Below, piece by piece: positions 30,735-32,000 of a stretch of DNA of 32,000 nt (positions are counted from its first letter, which is position 1; every line of letters begins with the position of its first letter). This stretch comes from Pasteurella multocida. GTDB taxonomy: Bacteria > Pseudomonadota > Gammaproteobacteria > Enterobacterales > Pasteurellaceae. Both the position numbers and the translations under genes were made by a program. The stretch lies in contig NZ_LT906458.1 in the NCBI RefSeq assembly GCF_900187275.1, positions 270,001 through 302,000 on the forward strand, read 5' to 3'. The notes under the pieces are model-generated. The model had not been told where the DNA came from and made no database searches. It saw only the letters and a list, made by a program, of their open reading frames with translations.

Positions 30735-31058
30735 ATGGGTATTTCCTTAACTGAAACGGCAGCAGATCGGGTACGAACCTTCCTCGCGAATCGTGGTAAA
30801 GGCATTGGATTACGTTTAGGGATCAAAACTTCAGGTTGTTCTGGCTTAGCCTATGTCCTTGAATTTGTAGATGAGTTAAATCCTGAGGATCAGGTGTTTG
30901 AACAACATGGTGTCAAAATCATTGTGGATGCCAAAAGTTTGGTCTATTTAGACGGCACTGAATTAGATTTCGCCAAAGAAGGATTAAATGAAGGCTTTAA
31001 GTTCAATAATCCGAATGTGAAAGATCAATGTGGTTGCGGAGAAAGTTTCCACGTTTAG
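30735..31058 (+). CDS. iscA: Fe-S assembly protein IscA
   Basis: [21 protein letters not shown]..., [20 protein letters not shown]. Internal ATG at 30735 preferred over the track start 30681. Confidence 0.95.
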   Translation: MGISLTETAADRVRTFLANRGKGIGLRLGIKTSGCSGLAYVLEFVDELNPEDQVFEQHGVKIIVDAKSLVYLDGTELDFAKEGLNEGFKFNNPNVKDQCGCGESFHV

Positions 31059-31087
31059 CTGTTTTTTATCTGATATTTGAGTGAAAG

Positions 31088-31606
31088 ATGAACCCATTTA
31101 ATATTTTTGATTTACCAGTTGATTTTCATGTTGATCAAGCGACATTATCGGCACGTTATCTTGCCTTACAGAAATCCTTGCATCCTGACAATTTCACTAC
31201 GCATTCTGCACAAGAGCAGCGTTTAGCGATGCAACGGTCAGCAGAAGTCAATGATGCGCTACAAATTTTAAAAGATCCGATTTTGCGTGCGGAGACTATC
31301 ATTGCGATTTATACCGGTGAACAACAAAATATTGAAGAAAATAGCACCCGTGATATGGCATTTTTGATGCAACAAATGCAATGGCGGGAACAGCTAGAAA
31401 ATATTGAAGCGCAGCAAGACAGTGATCAACTGGTGGCGTTCAGTGCAGATATTGAACAAACGCAACAGGCTTTGTTAAGCGAATTAGCCGATGCATTGTC
31501 AAGCCAACAGTGGCAACAAGCAAAAGTCATTAACGACAAATTACGTTTTATTAAAAAATTATTGCTTGAAGTAGAACGTGTCGAAGAAAAGCTATTAGAC
31601 TTTTAA
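31088..31606 (+). CDS. hscB: Co-chaperone HscB
   Basis: J-domain protein MNPFNIFDLPVDFHVDQATLSARYLALQKSLHPDNF (HPD motif). Confidence 0.94.
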   Translation: MNPFNIFDLPVDFHVDQATLSARYLALQKSLHPDNFTTHSAQEQRLAMQRSAEVNDALQILKDPILRAETIIAIYTGEQQNIEENSTRDMAFLMQQMQWREQLENIEAQQDSDQLVAFSADIEQTQQALLSELADALSSQQWQQAKVINDKLRFIKKLLLEVERVEEKLLDF

Positions 31607-31684
31607 GTAGATTAAAACAACGACAAAATAAAACTGCTATAATATAAAGTCAATAGGAAATAATAAGAGAATAGAGATAAACAA

Positions 31685-32000
31685 TGGCATTACTTCAAAT
31701 TGCAGAACCCGGTCAAAGTGCAAGTCCTCATCAACATAAATTAGCGGTAGGGATTGATTTGGGCACCACTAACTCGTTAATCGCGACTGTGCGTAGTGGT
31801 CAAGTGGATATTTTATTAGACGAAAAAGAACGCCCTTTACTCCCTTCCGTGGTGCATTTTGAACAAGATAACGTCATTGTCGGTTATGAGGCTGCTGAAT
31901 TAGCCAGTCAGAGTCCACAAAATACGATTGTTTCAGTTAAGCGTTTAATTGGGCGCAGTCTTGCCGATGTGCAACAACGTTATCCAAGTTTGCCGTATCA
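31685..32000 (+). CDS. hscA: Chaperone HscA (5' part, truncated by window end)
   Basis: Translation [40 protein letters not shown]...LLPSVVHF, Hsp70-type phosphate-1 motif. Confidence 0.94.

Overview
This window looks like a Pasteurellaceae (Haemophilus/Aggregatibacter-like) chromosome. The evidence is the Hin-type uptake sequence AAGTGCGGT plus the gene content. From left to right it holds: the 3' part of a 23S rRNA and a 5S rRNA; a putative lipoprotein; tRNA-Leu(CAA) on the minus strand; a heme-uptake cluster (hutX-like, hutZ-like, 967-aa TonB-dependent receptor) behind a Fur-box-like palindrome; rpsO; mrp/apbC; metG; rlmKL; a complete type I-F CRISPR-Cas locus; a PAS-less arcB; a secreted hypothetical; suhB; trmJ; and iscR-iscS-iscU-iscA-hscB-hscA (partial). 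The CRISPR locus is the most interesting part. Its order is csy1-csy2-csy3-cas6f, then the array, then cas1 and cas2-3, so the array sits between the interference and adaptation modules instead of at the end of the operon. The array has 16 clear 28-nt repeats, and one spacer is present four times in tandem. The leader carries a boxA-like motif, two IHF-like sites and a terminator-like hairpin. Beyond the degenerate last repeat there is a further diverged repeat-like element in phase. It is flanked by sequences resembling tRNA fragments: a CAU-anticodon-loop-to-T-loop segment, and on the other strand a Leu(UAA)-type anticodon arm. I see no transposition genes and no clearly new protein family. 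The possible novelty lies in the locus architecture and in the array-to-cas1 junction.
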